Shown: positions 1 to 12,080 of the stretch, piece after piece | How positions within the stretch are numbered: the stretch's first letter is position 1 | Layout of the letters: every line of letters starts with the position of its first letter | DNA from: Octopus sinensis | Lineage: Eukaryota | Reading direction: 5' to 3' | DNA length: 64,000 bases | Assembly (NCBI RefSeq): GCF_006345805.1 | Contig: NC_042997.1 | Span: forward strand, 175,894,001-175,958,000 | Translations under genes and position numbers: made by a program | Notes under the pieces: model-generated | Seen by the model: only the letters and a program-made list of their open reading frames with translations | Database searches by the model: none | Told to the model about the DNA's origin: nothing

Positions 1-202
1 TTCCTAAAATTTTCGTTGCGTCTTGCAACCTTTTCAATAGTCTTGACTCTGTCCGTTGTTTACACTGCGCTCCTTTTTGTTTGTTTGTGCACATGTGTGT
101 GGGTCAATGTGTATGTGTGTGCCTATGCAATTATAATTTTAAACAAATTAATATCGTCGTTAAAAAGAAAACAACAAGCAAAAAAAATAATGAACAAAGT
201 CA

Positions 203-575
203 TAGGCGTAGGAGTGGCTGTGTGGTAAGTAGCTTGCTTACGAACTAGTCTCACTGCGTGGCACCTTGGGCAAGTGTCTTCTACTATAGCCTCGGGCTGA
301 CCAATGCCTTGTGAGTGGATTTGGTAGACGGAAACTGAAAGAAGCCAGTCGTATATATATATATATGTGTGTGTGTCTGTGTTTGTCCCCCCAACATCGC
401 TTGACAACTGATGCTGGTGTATTTACGTCCCTGTAACTTAGCGGTTCGGCAAAGGAAACCGATAGAATAAGTACTAGCTTATAAAGAATAAGTCCCGGGG
501 TCAATTTGCTCGACTAAAGGCGGTGCTCCGGCATGGCCACAGTCAAATGACTGAAACAAGTAAAAAGAGTAAAGT
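203..575 (+). mobile_element. SINE family A (tRNA-derived head, CORE-like body, central TA/TG microsatellite, AAGAGT-type tail), full length
   Basis: Head GGCGTAGGAGTGGCTGTGTGGTAAG, body CCTTGGGCAAGTGTCTTCTACTATAGCC, tail GACTGAAACAAGTAAAAAGAG; more than 15 similar copies in the window. Confidence 0.9.
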
Positions 576-1020
576 AAGAAAATGTTTCAGATTTTGACAA
601 AAGGTCAACAAATGATGAAGTGGGAGTCTATTACATTGACCCTAGTGCGCAGATTCTACCAGCCCGCCACCTTTTTAATGATAATCCTTTTTCTATAGAC
701 TCAAGGCCTCAAATTTTGGAGGAGGGGGCTAGTTGAATACATCAACTCCACAGTTCAACTGGTACTGTATTTTTTTTTATCAACCTCAACGGAATTTGAA
801 CTCGGAACATAAAGCCAGAAGAAATGCTGCTAGGCTTTTTGTCCGCAATTCTGCCAGCTCATCACCTACGTAACAACTCAATCAAACTATAAAGAATGAC
901 CATAAATAACATCCTCATGACAAATATAAGTTGGTTACAGCACAGTCTAAAAAATTTCTTCTGCTATAGTTTTTCAAAGTGAAAGTGGCATTGTGTATTC
1001 CTTAGTCTAATATATATTGT

Positions 1021-1331
1021 GAGGGCGCGTGGCTTGGTGGTTAGGGCATTCGGCTCAAGATTGTAAGGTCATGAGTTCAATTCCCGGCAATGCATTGTGT
1101 CCTTGAGCAAGACACTTTATTTCACATTGCTCCAGTCCACTCAGCTGGCAAAAATGAGTTGTACCCATATTTCAAAGGGCCGGCCTTGTCGCGCTGAATC
1201 TCCTTGAGAACTACTTTAGGGATACACGTGTCTATAGATTGCTCAGTCACTTGCGTGTTAATTTCACGAGCAAGCTGTTCCGTTGATCGTATCAGTTGGG
1301 ACCCTCGTTGCCGTAACCAATGGAGTGCTCC
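1021..1331 (+). mobile_element. SINE family B (tRNA-like head with A/B boxes)
   Basis: GGCGCGTGGCTTGGTGG...GAGTTCAATTCCC head, then GTGTCCTTGAGCAAGACACTTTATTTCAC; related copies at ~13440, 19555 and 21170. Confidence 0.8.
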
Positions 1332-1427
1332 TGTAGTTCGTTTCACACTCACATAGTCTGGAGTTCAGTCCCTCTGCGTGGTATCTTGGACATGCGCATT
1401 TTACTATAGCTTCAGGTTAACCTAAAG

Positions 1428-2208
1428 CGGTGGTTCTCTACAGGAGTCCATGTAAGATTTTTGAGGGTCTATCATCATCATCATTTAACATCTGTTTTCC
1501 ATGCTAGCATGGGTTGGATGGTTTTTCAGGTGCTGGCAAGCCGGAGAGCTGCACCAGGCTCTAGTTGTTTTGGCATGGTTTCTATGGTTGGCTGCCCTTC
1601 CTAACACCAACCACTTAAGACATGACACCGACATGCATGGCACCAGCACCAGCCATTCAAGAATTTGAACCTGGAGATCTCCATTTCCAGCGACTTCAAG
1701 GGCCACCTCCCAGTGGTATCAGGCGTCAACAAAGAATCCTCAACTACAACAAGACGGCCAAAGTTTTTTTTTCCAAGGTCTGGAGTCTCCCGCCCCTCAG
1801 CCCTAGACGATCACCTAACCACCCTTAACCGTCTTGTTGCTTAACAACAACAACAACACACCAGCATCAGTGCTATTACATGACACCAACACGGGCGTTT
1901 TATATGTAGCACCTGCACAGGTGCTTTTCACGTGGCACCGGTACTTTTTATATGTGGTACCGGTATGGGCTAATGCAAGAAAGTCCATGAAAGAAATTTT
2001 GATTAAGATGAATTTATTGCAAGAAACAGCTAGGTTTATTTCTCTAACGTTTTACATAGTTTAACCTACGCATGTGAATGTGTGAAAAGCAAAATAAGTA
2101 TTTTGAAAGAACTATATATTTTCTAAACATTGAATGGCCACGGGTGTCTATCCAAGTAAAATGGTAGTCAGAGGGGTCCATAGGTTAAAAAATTGCTGAC
2201 AGCCACTG
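1428..2208. mobile_element. hAT (Charlie-like) MITE inserted in a SINE A and itself interrupted by SINE D
   Basis: Termini CGGTGGTTCTCTAC and CTGACAGCCACTG resemble CAGTGGTTCTCAAC-type TIRs; SINE A sequence stops at 1427 and resumes at 2209. Confidence 0.6.
1653..1858 (+). mobile_element. 5'-truncated non-LTR retroelement fragment with (CAA)n tail
   Basis: GC-richer insert ending in AACAACAACAAC, flanked by direct repeat CACCAGC, inside a SINE D. Confidence 0.55.
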
Positions 2209-3763
2209 ACCTTGTGAGTGAAATTGGGTAAATGGAAACTACACGGAAGCCTGTCAGATGGATTGTACCTGTAATCCAGAGATCCAGCTATGTATTTTGT
2301 CAGACTGATTCTACCTGAGAGCTATATTATAGGTACACTTGCCATTTGGAATACTCAAGCCACTTAAATGCAAATTCAATGAATGAAGGTAAGTTCAGTC
2401 AAAACTGATGCAGATCCATTTACGCTATAAGACAAAATAATTCATGCTATATGATTTAGTTCAAGGGTTCTCCATTTTTTTATATCTATGGACCTGTAGC
2501 ATACACTTAAGGGAAATTCCTCTCTGTTATATATACAGACGAACGTAGTGGAGAACAGCTAGCCTTTGGCTGCATTTTTGACCCTGTTGTGTCCACTACT
2601 CTGATTGGTTGGTATTAGTGCAACTTGTCTCTTGCTCTATTGCATGCCAATATGCAACCCAATCAATCACAGCCTTCAAATAAGTTCATGTAAGACAGTC
2701 TGTTCTCAACCCTAGTTTGAGCCAACTGCTCCCTATACTACTCCAGCTTTGCATCGTCTCGATGTCTTTGGTTCCAGACCTTTTAAGGTCTAGCCACTGA
2801 CCACAAAAGACAGCCAGTTCCAGCGACAATGCCAGACAACAACACTCATCCAACAGTATTACGGCAATCTCTTTCGTCGTCGCCATCATCATCTTAATGT
2901 TGTCAACATCATCTCTCTACGTACACAGCAACTTGCACAGGTTCTAACAACACTGTTCATTAATTACTTCACCATGGTTAACAGCAAATACAACCTGTGA
3001 GAACTCCTGTACCAAGTGATCCAGGAAGCAGCATCGCAGCCACAACTTCACGTATGACTTGTACCTCAACTGGCTCTGCATCACAGCCACAACTTCACAT
3101 ACGACGTACCTCAACCGGCTCTGCATCATCACCGCAACTTCTTGATGCAGCATTTCAACTATCGTGTACAATTGACTACGAACTGGTATTTCTCATTCTT
3201 GTGTCTATGAACATTCTTCTAACTTCTCATTATACTCTTTCAATGCTCTGTACTTGATGCACTCACAGTCACATATGTTAACATAAAAATTCTGTATACC
3301 TGACGCACACACTGTCAAAAATTCTGTATACCTGACGCACACACTGTCACACATGTTAACATATCAGTATTCTGTATACTTGACACACACACCGTCACAC
3401 AGATTAACTTATCAATAAATCCTCTCTTAAACATACTACCCGGTTCTGTCTCTCTTTTCCCTCTGGCTTGTATATGCATTTATTCTTTTTACATTTATTG
3501 CATCGTCTATGTGATGTACTGAGGAGCCATTCTCATCACCTCACTTCACATGGTTTTTACAGACCTCTTTCATTTTTGTTTTATTCTGGTGGACGCCCGT
3601 AGCCATTCAATGTTTTAAAACTTTCGAAATTCCTATTTTGTTTCTCACACATTCCCTTTTGTAGGTTGAATGGTGTAAAATATCAGAGAAAGAAACCTAG
3701 CTGTTTCTTGCTATACATACATCTAAAGTGTGAGAATTGGCTTCCTAGTGTGAGAATTGGCTT

Positions 3764-4166
3764 CTCTTTTACTCTTTTACTTGTTTCAGTCATTTGACTG
3801 CGGCCATGCTGGAGCACTGCCTTTAATCGAGCAACTCGACCCCAGGACTTGTTCTTTTGTAAGCCCAGTACTTATTCTATCGGTCTCTTTTGCCGAACCG
3901 CTAAGTAACGGGGACATAAACACACCAGCATCGGTTGTCAAGCAATGCTAGGGGAACAAACACAGACACACAAACACACACACGCTTATATATATGTATG
4001 CATATATACGATGGGCTTCTTTCAGTTTCCATCTACTAAATCCACTCACAAGGCTTTGGTCGGCCCGAGGCTATAGTAGAAGACACTTGCCCAAGGTGCC
4101 ACGCAGTGGGACTGAACCCAGAACCATGTGGTTGGTAAACAAGCTACTTACCACACAGCCACTCCT
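3764..4166 (-). mobile_element. SINE family A, full length
   Basis: Reverse complement of the 203-575 element. Confidence 0.9.
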
Positions 4167-4826
4167 TTCTTTATTACTTTTTATTCTTTCACTTTTAGTT
4201 TGACATTACTAAATTTTCTTTTTTTTTTTTTTTTCATCCTATTGATTGCAAAGGTTGAATTTGTCACAACCACTGCAAATACCACTAAGATAATTTTGAG
4301 AAAACTCAATATTTTTCAGTCAGTGCAGTTTGAACAGTTTTAGTTCTTAGCAAAATGTAGATGCGTTTAGCTCAATCATACAGATGTGAATTTCTGAAGG
4401 AAGTATATACGATAAGGACTATAAACTTTTATTATGATTTTGGATGGTCAAATACTGATGGTCGTTTTTATTTTTAATCCCAGATCATTCCTAATCGAGC
4501 AGACTTATGTTAAAAAATATTCCAGTTGTAGTCATTCCTTATTTTGCAGGCATCTTCGAACACACTAGGATTTTAGTTTTTGAAGTAGATAGGACCATAA
4601 TTTGAGGGAGGTTTCTGGAAGGCCTAACAACCTCGTAGAGACTCCAAATATTGGCTAGAACCACAACATGCAACCTCAGTCTATTCTAGTTTTACTTTAT
4701 TTGCTTCTTTATTTTTTTCATATGCTTCTTTCCTTTTATTTTCTCTTTCTCTGCTCTCTTCTCCTCTACTTCTTTATCTCAATTCATATATCAGTTTATG
4801 TAAACCAGTTCCTTATCAATTTTCAG

Positions 4827-4921
4827 TTGCTGCATTACTAATGAGCTACAAGGGACCGTGTGGATTTCTGTATGGCTCTATCTGGGATTCAATTTCTCAG
4901 CATTTTTATAACCTTATTTGA
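4827..4921 (+). CDS. Candidate terminal coding exon of an unidentified gene (xAALLMSYKGPCGFLYGSIWDSISQHFYNLI*)
   Basis: Acceptor CAATTTTCAG, non-repetitive, AATAAA near 5001; no homology recognised. Confidence 0.2.
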
Positions 4922-5658
4922 ATTCCTAGAATGTTCGACCAAGCTATTGGGTGGGAGTATTCACACGCTTCTTTTGAAGTTTACCAAATCAATTATTACA
5001 AATAAACCAGTGCTGATTGGGTGAACCACGTTCACATAGGAATTTATACCTTATTTGAAAATATACTTATGATGAGGTTCTAAACTAGGATTCTGAGTAT
5101 GGTGGTTTTGACAAACGCTCACAAAACCATATATAGTATTGTTTACCATACTGTCTTCTCATTTCTGCACTTGACTCCCTCCTTTAGTTTCTCATTCAGT
5201 CTTTTTTCAGGAAATCATTAAGCATGATGTACACTAAAATAGACATCAACCAATTTAAATCCTGGTGTTAATATTTGAAATTGATTAAATGACAATGGTT
5301 AATTAATCAGTCACTATAAATTTGATTGTGTATATGTGATAAAGAAACCATGTGGTTTTAGGTTCAATCCCACTATATAAAACCTTGGGCAAGTGTCTTC
5401 CACAATAGCCTGGCTCCAACCAATGCTTTGTAAGTGAATTCAGTTGATGGAAAGTATGTAGAATCTTGTTGTGTGTGTGTCTGTGTTTGCCCAACACACT
5501 CATTCATATTGCTTGACAACCATTAGGTGTTAGTCTGTGTATGTCCCTAAGAAAAAAGTAAGTACTGGGATTAATTTGTTTAACTAAGCCCTTCAAGGAG
5601 GTGCCCCAGTATGGCCACAGTTCAGTGACTGACACAAAAGACAGAAGATATATGCTTA

Positions 5659-5855
5659 CTCTTTTATTCTTTTACCTGTTTCAGTTATTTGACTGTGGCC
5701 ATGCTGGAGCACCGCCTTTTTAGTCGAACAAATCGACCCTAGGACTTATTCTTTGTAACCCTAGTACTTATTCTATCGGTCTCTTTAGCTGAACTACTAA
5801 GTTACGGGGACGAAAACACACCAGCATCAGTTATCAAGCGATGTTGGGGGTACAA

Positions 5856-5892
<37 letters not shown>

Positions 5893-6050
5893 CACATGAC
5901 TGGCTTCTTTCAGTTTCCGTCAACCAGATCCACTCACAAGGCTTTGGTCGGCCAAAGGCTATAGTAGAAGACACCTGCCCAAGGTGCCACGCAGTGGGAA
6001 TGAACCCAGAACCATGTGGTTCATAAGCACACAGCCACTCCTATGCCTAT
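5659..6050 (-). mobile_element. SINE family A
   Basis: Same diagnostic blocks, reverse strand. Confidence 0.85.
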
Positions 6051-6343
6051 AAAAAAATGAAAACTAGAAACTGGAATTCAGATGTACAAAATTTCAATGC
6101 TACTGATTACAATTCATTTATCCTCTCTAAATAGATACAAATTGTCAGCCATTAGTGTTGGATAGAATGAATTGTGTATTTGTTCTAATTATCTGCATTC
6201 TAGGTTCAAATCTTGTGAAGGTCAACTTTGGATTCTTTAAAAACCTAGGTCTTCACCCGTCACTAAGCTGCTGGTAAAAATATTTGTTAATCATGTATAT
6301 AACCTTCTGTTAATAGTAGATTGTTACATAGTGAAAGTCATTA

Positions 6344-6357
6344 GTTGCTATGGTGAC
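6344..6357 (-). promoter_or_regulatory. RFX X-box consensus match
   Basis: Minus strand GTCACC-AT-AGCAAC matches GTNRCC-N(0-3)-RGYAAC. Confidence 0.45.
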
Positions 6358-6593
6358 AACACTATCTTTCACACACACATTCTTTCTCTCTCACTGAATT
6401 TCTCTTAACAACAACCTATCATTTTACTGTGTTGCGTTGATCCTATGTTGAAAGACATACAGAAACATGCGAATTACACACACACACATACACAAGTAAC
6501 TATATTGTTATATGGTAAGTTTTTTTTAAGCTGTGTTACATTGTGTTGACAGACTTGCACATAAATACCTGCATTTTCAATCAAAACGTCTTA

Positions 6594-6607
6594 GTTACTA
6601 TGGTGAC
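6594..6607 (-). promoter_or_regulatory. RFX X-box consensus match (second copy)
   Basis: Minus strand GTCACC-AT-AGTAAC matches the same consensus. Confidence 0.45.
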
Positions 6608-7021
6608 AATACTATCTACCTGTCTCACTGTATTTCTCTCTCAACCTTTTCTCCTTCTCCCCTCCATGTAAATATACATTGTGACAGGATTATCTCCCCC
6701 TTTATCCCTTTTCATATATGTCTTGTGACAGTCAGACAGATGGAAATCAGCTTCTCTTTTATAATATAAAATTACCAACCTTAGGCAATAGATTGGCAGA
6801 ATTATAAGAATGTTGAACCAGATGCCTAGCAATATTTGTCATTGATCTTCACAGTCTAAGTTCAAATCTGGTTGTGATGTACTTGGATGAATAGACCTAA
6901 TGCATTTCCTGATTTAAAACCAATGAATGGCATCTTGAGGGTCTCTGCTAAAGCCAGAGCCCCTTCTTTTGCAAGCATTCAGTTTTAAGATGCTTTCATC
7001 CCTCCTGCCAACCAGTCTTAA

Positions 7022-7631
7022 CCCTTTCGTTACTATATATAGGCGCAGGAGGGGCTGTGTGGTAAATAGCTTGCTAACCAACCACATGGTTCCGGGTTCA
7101 GTCCCACTGCGTGGCACCTTGGGCAAGTGTCTTCTACTATAGCCTCGGGCCGACCAAAGCCTTGTGAGTGGATTTGGTAGACGGAAACTGAAAGAAGCCT
7201 GTCGTATATATGTATATATATATGTATGTGTGTGTGTTTGTGTGTCTGTGTTAGTCCCCCTAGCATTGCTTGACAACTGATGCTGGTGTGTTTATGTCCC
7301 CGTTACTTAGCAGTTCGGCAAAAGAGACCGATAGAATAAGTACTGGGCTTACAAAAGAATAAGTCCCGGGGTCGAGTTGCTCGATTAAAGGCGGTGCTCC
7401 AGCATGGCCGCAGTCAAATGACTGAAACAAGTAAAAGAGTAAAAGAGTATATTTATTTTGAGATGCTGTGTGTTTCTTTCAATTACTTTAAATATAATAG
7501 AGAATTTCATATAATAACTTAGTTATCATTAAGCTAGTGTTAGGAACATAAATTGTGACTAAGGTTTGGTAGAAGATTTTAATTCAAAACTTATGAAAAC
7601 AAGACATTCATCCGGGTTGATAATGAAAGGG
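7022..7631. mobile_element. piggyBac-type MITE (TTAA target duplication) carrying a SINE A at 7041-7448
   Basis: TTAA-CCCTTTCGTTAC ... GATAATGAAAGGG-TTAA; internal sequence matches the uninterrupted copy at 9551-9771. Confidence 0.8.
7041..7448 (+). mobile_element. SINE family A, full length, nested in MITE
   Basis: Near-consensus copy. Confidence 0.9.
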
Positions 7632-7889
7632 TTAAAAGCCTTCTACAAAAAAATCATGAACACTGCCTTCCTTCTTCAATACACACATACACACACCCCT
7701 ACATGCAAAAATCTCTCTTGATACATTATTGCAATAACTAATGGTGGTGGTGACGGAAAGGGATGGTTTTTATGGTAGTTGGGTTGCTAGGATGAAGATT
7801 CTAGTAATGATTAGGATGGTTTTTTTGTTTAGTCTCCAAGTCAACTCTGACTGGACAAATCTCTGATCAATGATATTCAAGTCATGATC

Positions 7890-8043
<154 letters not shown>

Positions 8044-8986
8044 TTTTTTTTTTTAATAATATTATGCCAGAATTATATTATTCGATGTGTCTTTTCTTTT
8101 AAGACAGTGGAATGTGGTTTGAGTGAGATTTGACTGCAGTCTAGAGATCTCTCCATATAGCATCCATATAAAACAGGAGGCTTTCTTAGGTGTTTACAGT
8201 AAAAATATTGATGTCGGTTGTGGTAATGACATTGATAACGATGGCAGTACTCATGGTGGTATTCATGATAATGCGCCAATATATAAATGTCAGCTGTTGT
8301 ATAATAAATGTGGTAATGTCAACTGCAAGATCATAATAAAAATGGTGTCAGTATGCATGAGAAACAATTTTTAGTTGTACCACCAGCCAGTTTTCTCTTC
8401 TTTTTTTTTTTTTAATTTTGTGTGAGAAAATAAAAGTAAACTTCTTTGGCAAGCCAGCTAAGTCTGTGACACAGCTTTGATTTGTTAGTTGTTGCTATTT
8501 TTTTTTTATTGCACCTCTTGAAAATGCATGTCCTGCAGTTGTGAGTCTTTTGCTCTTCACCATCATCAAAGAATTCATTCGACGGTGGGGAGGTGAATTA
8601 GTGTAAAGGCTTAAGATATTGCATTTTGATTTCATATGACTGCAAAAGAGACCAATAGTTAAAGTACCTAACTTAAAAATAAGTACTGGAGTTGATTTGT
8701 TTGACTGAATCCTTTAAGATAGTTCCCCAACATGGCCACAGTCCAATGACTGAATCGAGGAAAAGGTAAGACAAAAGAAACTATAGATATCAAACTTTTC
8801 ATAATTCCACTCTTGCACAAAATCTTTAATTGAGGATATTTTAATCTTTTTCTGTTCTCACTCACTGGACTGTTCCCATTCTGGAGCGCTATCTTCAAAG
8901 GTTATACAAACTCCAATATTCTTTTCTAGTAATAATTTTATTAACTTTCAAAGGAGTGAAAAAAAAGCAAAGTTCACATGAACAGT

Positions 8987-9290
8987 CATCATCATCATCA
9001 TCATCAAGACAATGGAATTTACCATGCTATGCCAGTCTTCACGGTCCATCATAGCATTACGGAGGTCCTGTTGCTTGATGCCTGTATCCCTGGAGATTAC
9101 ATCAAGGTAGGAGAGTGTGCGCCCTCTGGTATTGCGAGTAGATGGCTTCCAGAGGAGAAGAGTAGAAATTGCCTCATTTTCAGCTCTACAACAATGTCCA
9201 GCAAACTGGACTCTCCTACCTTTCACAAGAGATGAACAGTCATGGTGAGAACACCTTATATTTATATCCACTATAAATAGATAGCTTTTG
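8987..9290 (-). mobile_element. RTE-clade LINE 3' end with (GAT)n tail
   Basis: Translation RRVQFAGHCCRAENEAISTLLLWKPSTRNTRGRTLSYLDVISRDTG...AMMDREDW matches the RTE ORF C-terminus pattern (RL.FAGH..R ... RGRP ... A.DR..W). Confidence 0.85.
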
Positions 9291-9430
9291 ATCAAATACT
9301 ATGCAAATATTATTGTAATAATATAACTGTTATTAAATTGGAGTATTTTGTTGTTGATTTGTTTTTCACCCTCTTTGTTGTTGCTGTCATCTGTCTCTTT
9401 TTGTTACCTGTCAGGATTTTGTCGACAGAT

Positions 9431-9489
9431 TTAAAGTTTTACATTTTCTAGTTCACTACTTCTCATTTCCTTAACTTTTTGATACAAAT
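9431..9489 (-). CDS. Candidate terminal exon of vWA-like gene model (DLYQKVKEMRSSELENVKL*)
   Basis: Phase-1 start compatible with exon 11971-12080; would supply the last vWA helix; acceptor CTTTCAAGTAG. Confidence 0.3.
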
Positions 9490-9550
9490 CTACTTGAAAG
9501 CCACACCCACTTCAGCTCTGTGTCACAAAATCTCAGATCTTTATGTTTAA

Positions 9551-9771
9551 CCCTTTCGTTTCTGTATTTATTTTAAGATAATCTATGTTTCTTCCAATTA
9601 TTTTAAATATAACAAAGAATTTAGTAAAATAACATCGTTATCATTGAGCTAGTGTTAGGAACATAAATTGTGACTAAGACTTGGTGGAAGATTTGAATTC
9701 AAAACTTATGAAAACAAGACATTTATACTAAAGAGCCAAAGCCGGTTTTAGCTGGGTTGGTAACGAAAGGG
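9551..9771 (+). mobile_element. piggyBac-type MITE
   Basis: TTAA-CCCTTTCGTT ... GGTAACGAAAGGG; same family as 7022-7631. Confidence 0.8.
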
Positions 9772-9775
9772 TCAA

Positions 9776-9995
9776 CCCTTTTGATACCAACCTGTCTGAG
9801 GCTGCTTCTGGTTCTGTGACAAAAAATTTCCTGTTTAAAAGTGATCTAAATTAAAACTTTCCATCAAAATTTCATGTCAATTATGTCCCAAATACCAGCT
9901 TAATAGCAATAGCTATTTTATTAAATTCTCCATTATTTTCAAAAGTAATTGAAACTAAAGCAGTGTATTTCAATAAAAACATGGTAACGAAAGAG
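9776..9995 (-). mobile_element. piggyBac-type MITE, related subfamily, inverted relative to 9551-9771
   Basis: CCCTTTTGATACC ... GGTAACGAAAGAG-TTAA; separated from the previous copy only by TCAA. Confidence 0.7.
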
Positions 9996-10268
9996 TTAAA
10001 TGAAAACCAATCATGAATCAAAGTTATGGTTCAAACATTAGTTTGTTAGCAGGGAAGTTAGATTTATATATTCCATCAAATTCATAATTATTTCCAAAAA
10101 TGACTGGAAGATGGTGTATTTCATTAGAAATATGATAATGCTAGCATTAAACTCTATTACTTTCATGCCATTTGTAATTTCTCTTTTGTTTGTATGGAAT
10201 AAGTATTGTCTTTTATTTTTCACAATTTATCATTTAATCCAGTTAGTAAAATTTGAGTCTACAGATCA

Positions 10269-10664
10269 TCTTTATATATAAAAGTGAAGTTGTGTGTCTG
10301 TCTCCTACGATTTAGATTCGTAACTACTCCCACATTTTGAGGTGCAGTTTAACAAAAACCGGGTATCTTATAGTCGTGATTCATATCGAGCCCTTCTGGG
10401 TATTAGCGCGCGTCTACAATGAGTCTACGATTTAAAAAAAAAATTACCATCATTTTTTTCATTTTAATGCATTTTTTCGCTATTATATAAGGGAAGTAAC
10501 TCTCTAAAAATGTCTACGATGAGTTAACGATTTAAAAAAAAATTTACCATCGTTTTTTTTCCATTTTTAATGCATCTTTTTGCTATTTTTTGGCTATAAC
10601 TCTCTAAAAATGCTTTATAGTTATTTCCCTTACAAACCCGAGCAACGGTGGGCAATACTGCTAG
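10269..10664 (+). mobile_element. Non-autonomous Helitron
   Basis: Starts TC after A, ends CTAG before T, subterminal hairpin CCCGAGCAACGGTGGG; about 95% similar copy at 20427. Confidence 0.8.
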
Positions 10665-10805
10665 TTATATATAAATGATATAGAATCAGTTAGATATCTT
10701 ATAAAATCTAGTTTATGATACAAGTTCAACACTGACTTTCCAGACACTTATGGTCCCAAACCTCTGTAGTGATCCAAACTCCCACTATTAAATACTTGGT
10801 TAGAC

Positions 10806-11035
10806 ACTCTTTTACCTGTTTCAGTCATTTGACTGCGGCCATACTGGAGCACCGCCTTTAGTCGAATCAAATCGACCCCAGGACTTATTCCTTGTAAGCC
10901 TAGTACTTATTCTATTGGTCACTTTTGCTGAACCGCTAAGTTACGGGGACCTAAACACACCAGCATCGGTTGTTAAGCGATGTTTGGGGGGGGGGGAGAC
11001 AAACACAGATACACAACATATACACACACATACAC

Positions 11036-11079
<44 letters not shown>

Positions 11080-11240
11080 TACAGGATTCTTTCAGTTTCC
11101 ATCTACCAAATCCACTCAAAAGACTTTGGTCGGCCTGAGGCTATAGTAGAAGACACTTGCCCAGGGTACCACGTAGTGGGACTGAACCCGGAACCATGTG
11201 GTTCGTAAGCAAGCTACTTACCACACAGCCACTCCTACAC
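10806..11240 (-). mobile_element. SINE family A
   Basis: Diagnostic blocks on the reverse strand. Confidence 0.9.
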
Positions 11241-11970
11241 CTTGAGTAAGCCACCAGTTTCACATGGTGAATCAACAAGTCATCATGAAGCTGTGGCATG
11301 ATATGACTTCTCAGATGTTTTAGAATTTACCCTCTTTCCATTCCATAAAAAACCATTTGGCACATAGCTTAGCAGGCAGTCAACCATGAGCATTTGAAGA
11401 GAGAGAGCTCCAGACTTTTGACTTTGAAATATTCACACAATGTCCCTTAAGTAGGTTTCTATGGACACAGCACTGTTTCCTCTCCTCCCAGTCAGCAATT
11501 GTATTAACATTTTCCGCTGTAAATAGCCAACACAAATATTATGTTCACCAATAAATATTACAGCTAAAGGTTTGAGAGTTTGTTTCAGTAATTATTCATG
11601 CAGCCAACACTTTCCACATTGCTACAATACAACACCAACAAGTACCTCGCAACAATGGTGATAAAGCCATCCACTGTGACAACAGCAACTCAGACATTCA
11701 CAATATATCATCATTGGCCATCTCAACACAAAACAATCAAGCAATTACACAACGCCTCTTAAAATCCACATTAATTTACAAACAGGAACTTCAAATTCCT
11801 GAAATTGCCAGACTAGTATTCTGGTACCTTACACTGACTAGTACCTTCTATAGTACAGTATTAATAAACTTGTATCATTTATACTAATATGCAAGTATCT
11901 ATATTTTATTTAATTATATAAGTTAATTTGATATTTGTTTAATTTAGAGTGTTGGCCAAGGTGACCACAC

Positions 11971-12080
11971 CTGGTTTAGAAAAATCAGTAATTGAGAAAG
12001 GCTTTGAAGCCAAAGCCTCAAGAAAATCAATGCTGTACCTGTATCTACTTGTGCCTATAACAACTGTTTTTATGTCATGA
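11971..12080 (-). CDS. Candidate exon, C-terminal part of a vWA-like domain (HDIKTVVIGTSRYRYSIDFLEALASKPFSITDFSKP)
   Basis: Acceptor TTTGTCTTCACAG, donor CAG/GTGTGG, inside an 80-codon open frame; resembles vWA G-V-x-V-F-A-V-G ... L-x-x-I-A-S-x-P ... D-F. Confidence 0.45.

Noticed and set aside
1021-1095. tRNA-like sequences with A and B boxes (also at the starts of other SINEs)
   Set aside because: SINE heads continuous with SINE bodies; no complete cloverleaf, so not tRNA genes
4830-5030. CR1-like reading on minus (ACEYSHPIAWS)
   Set aside because: Too short and interrupted to support; not called
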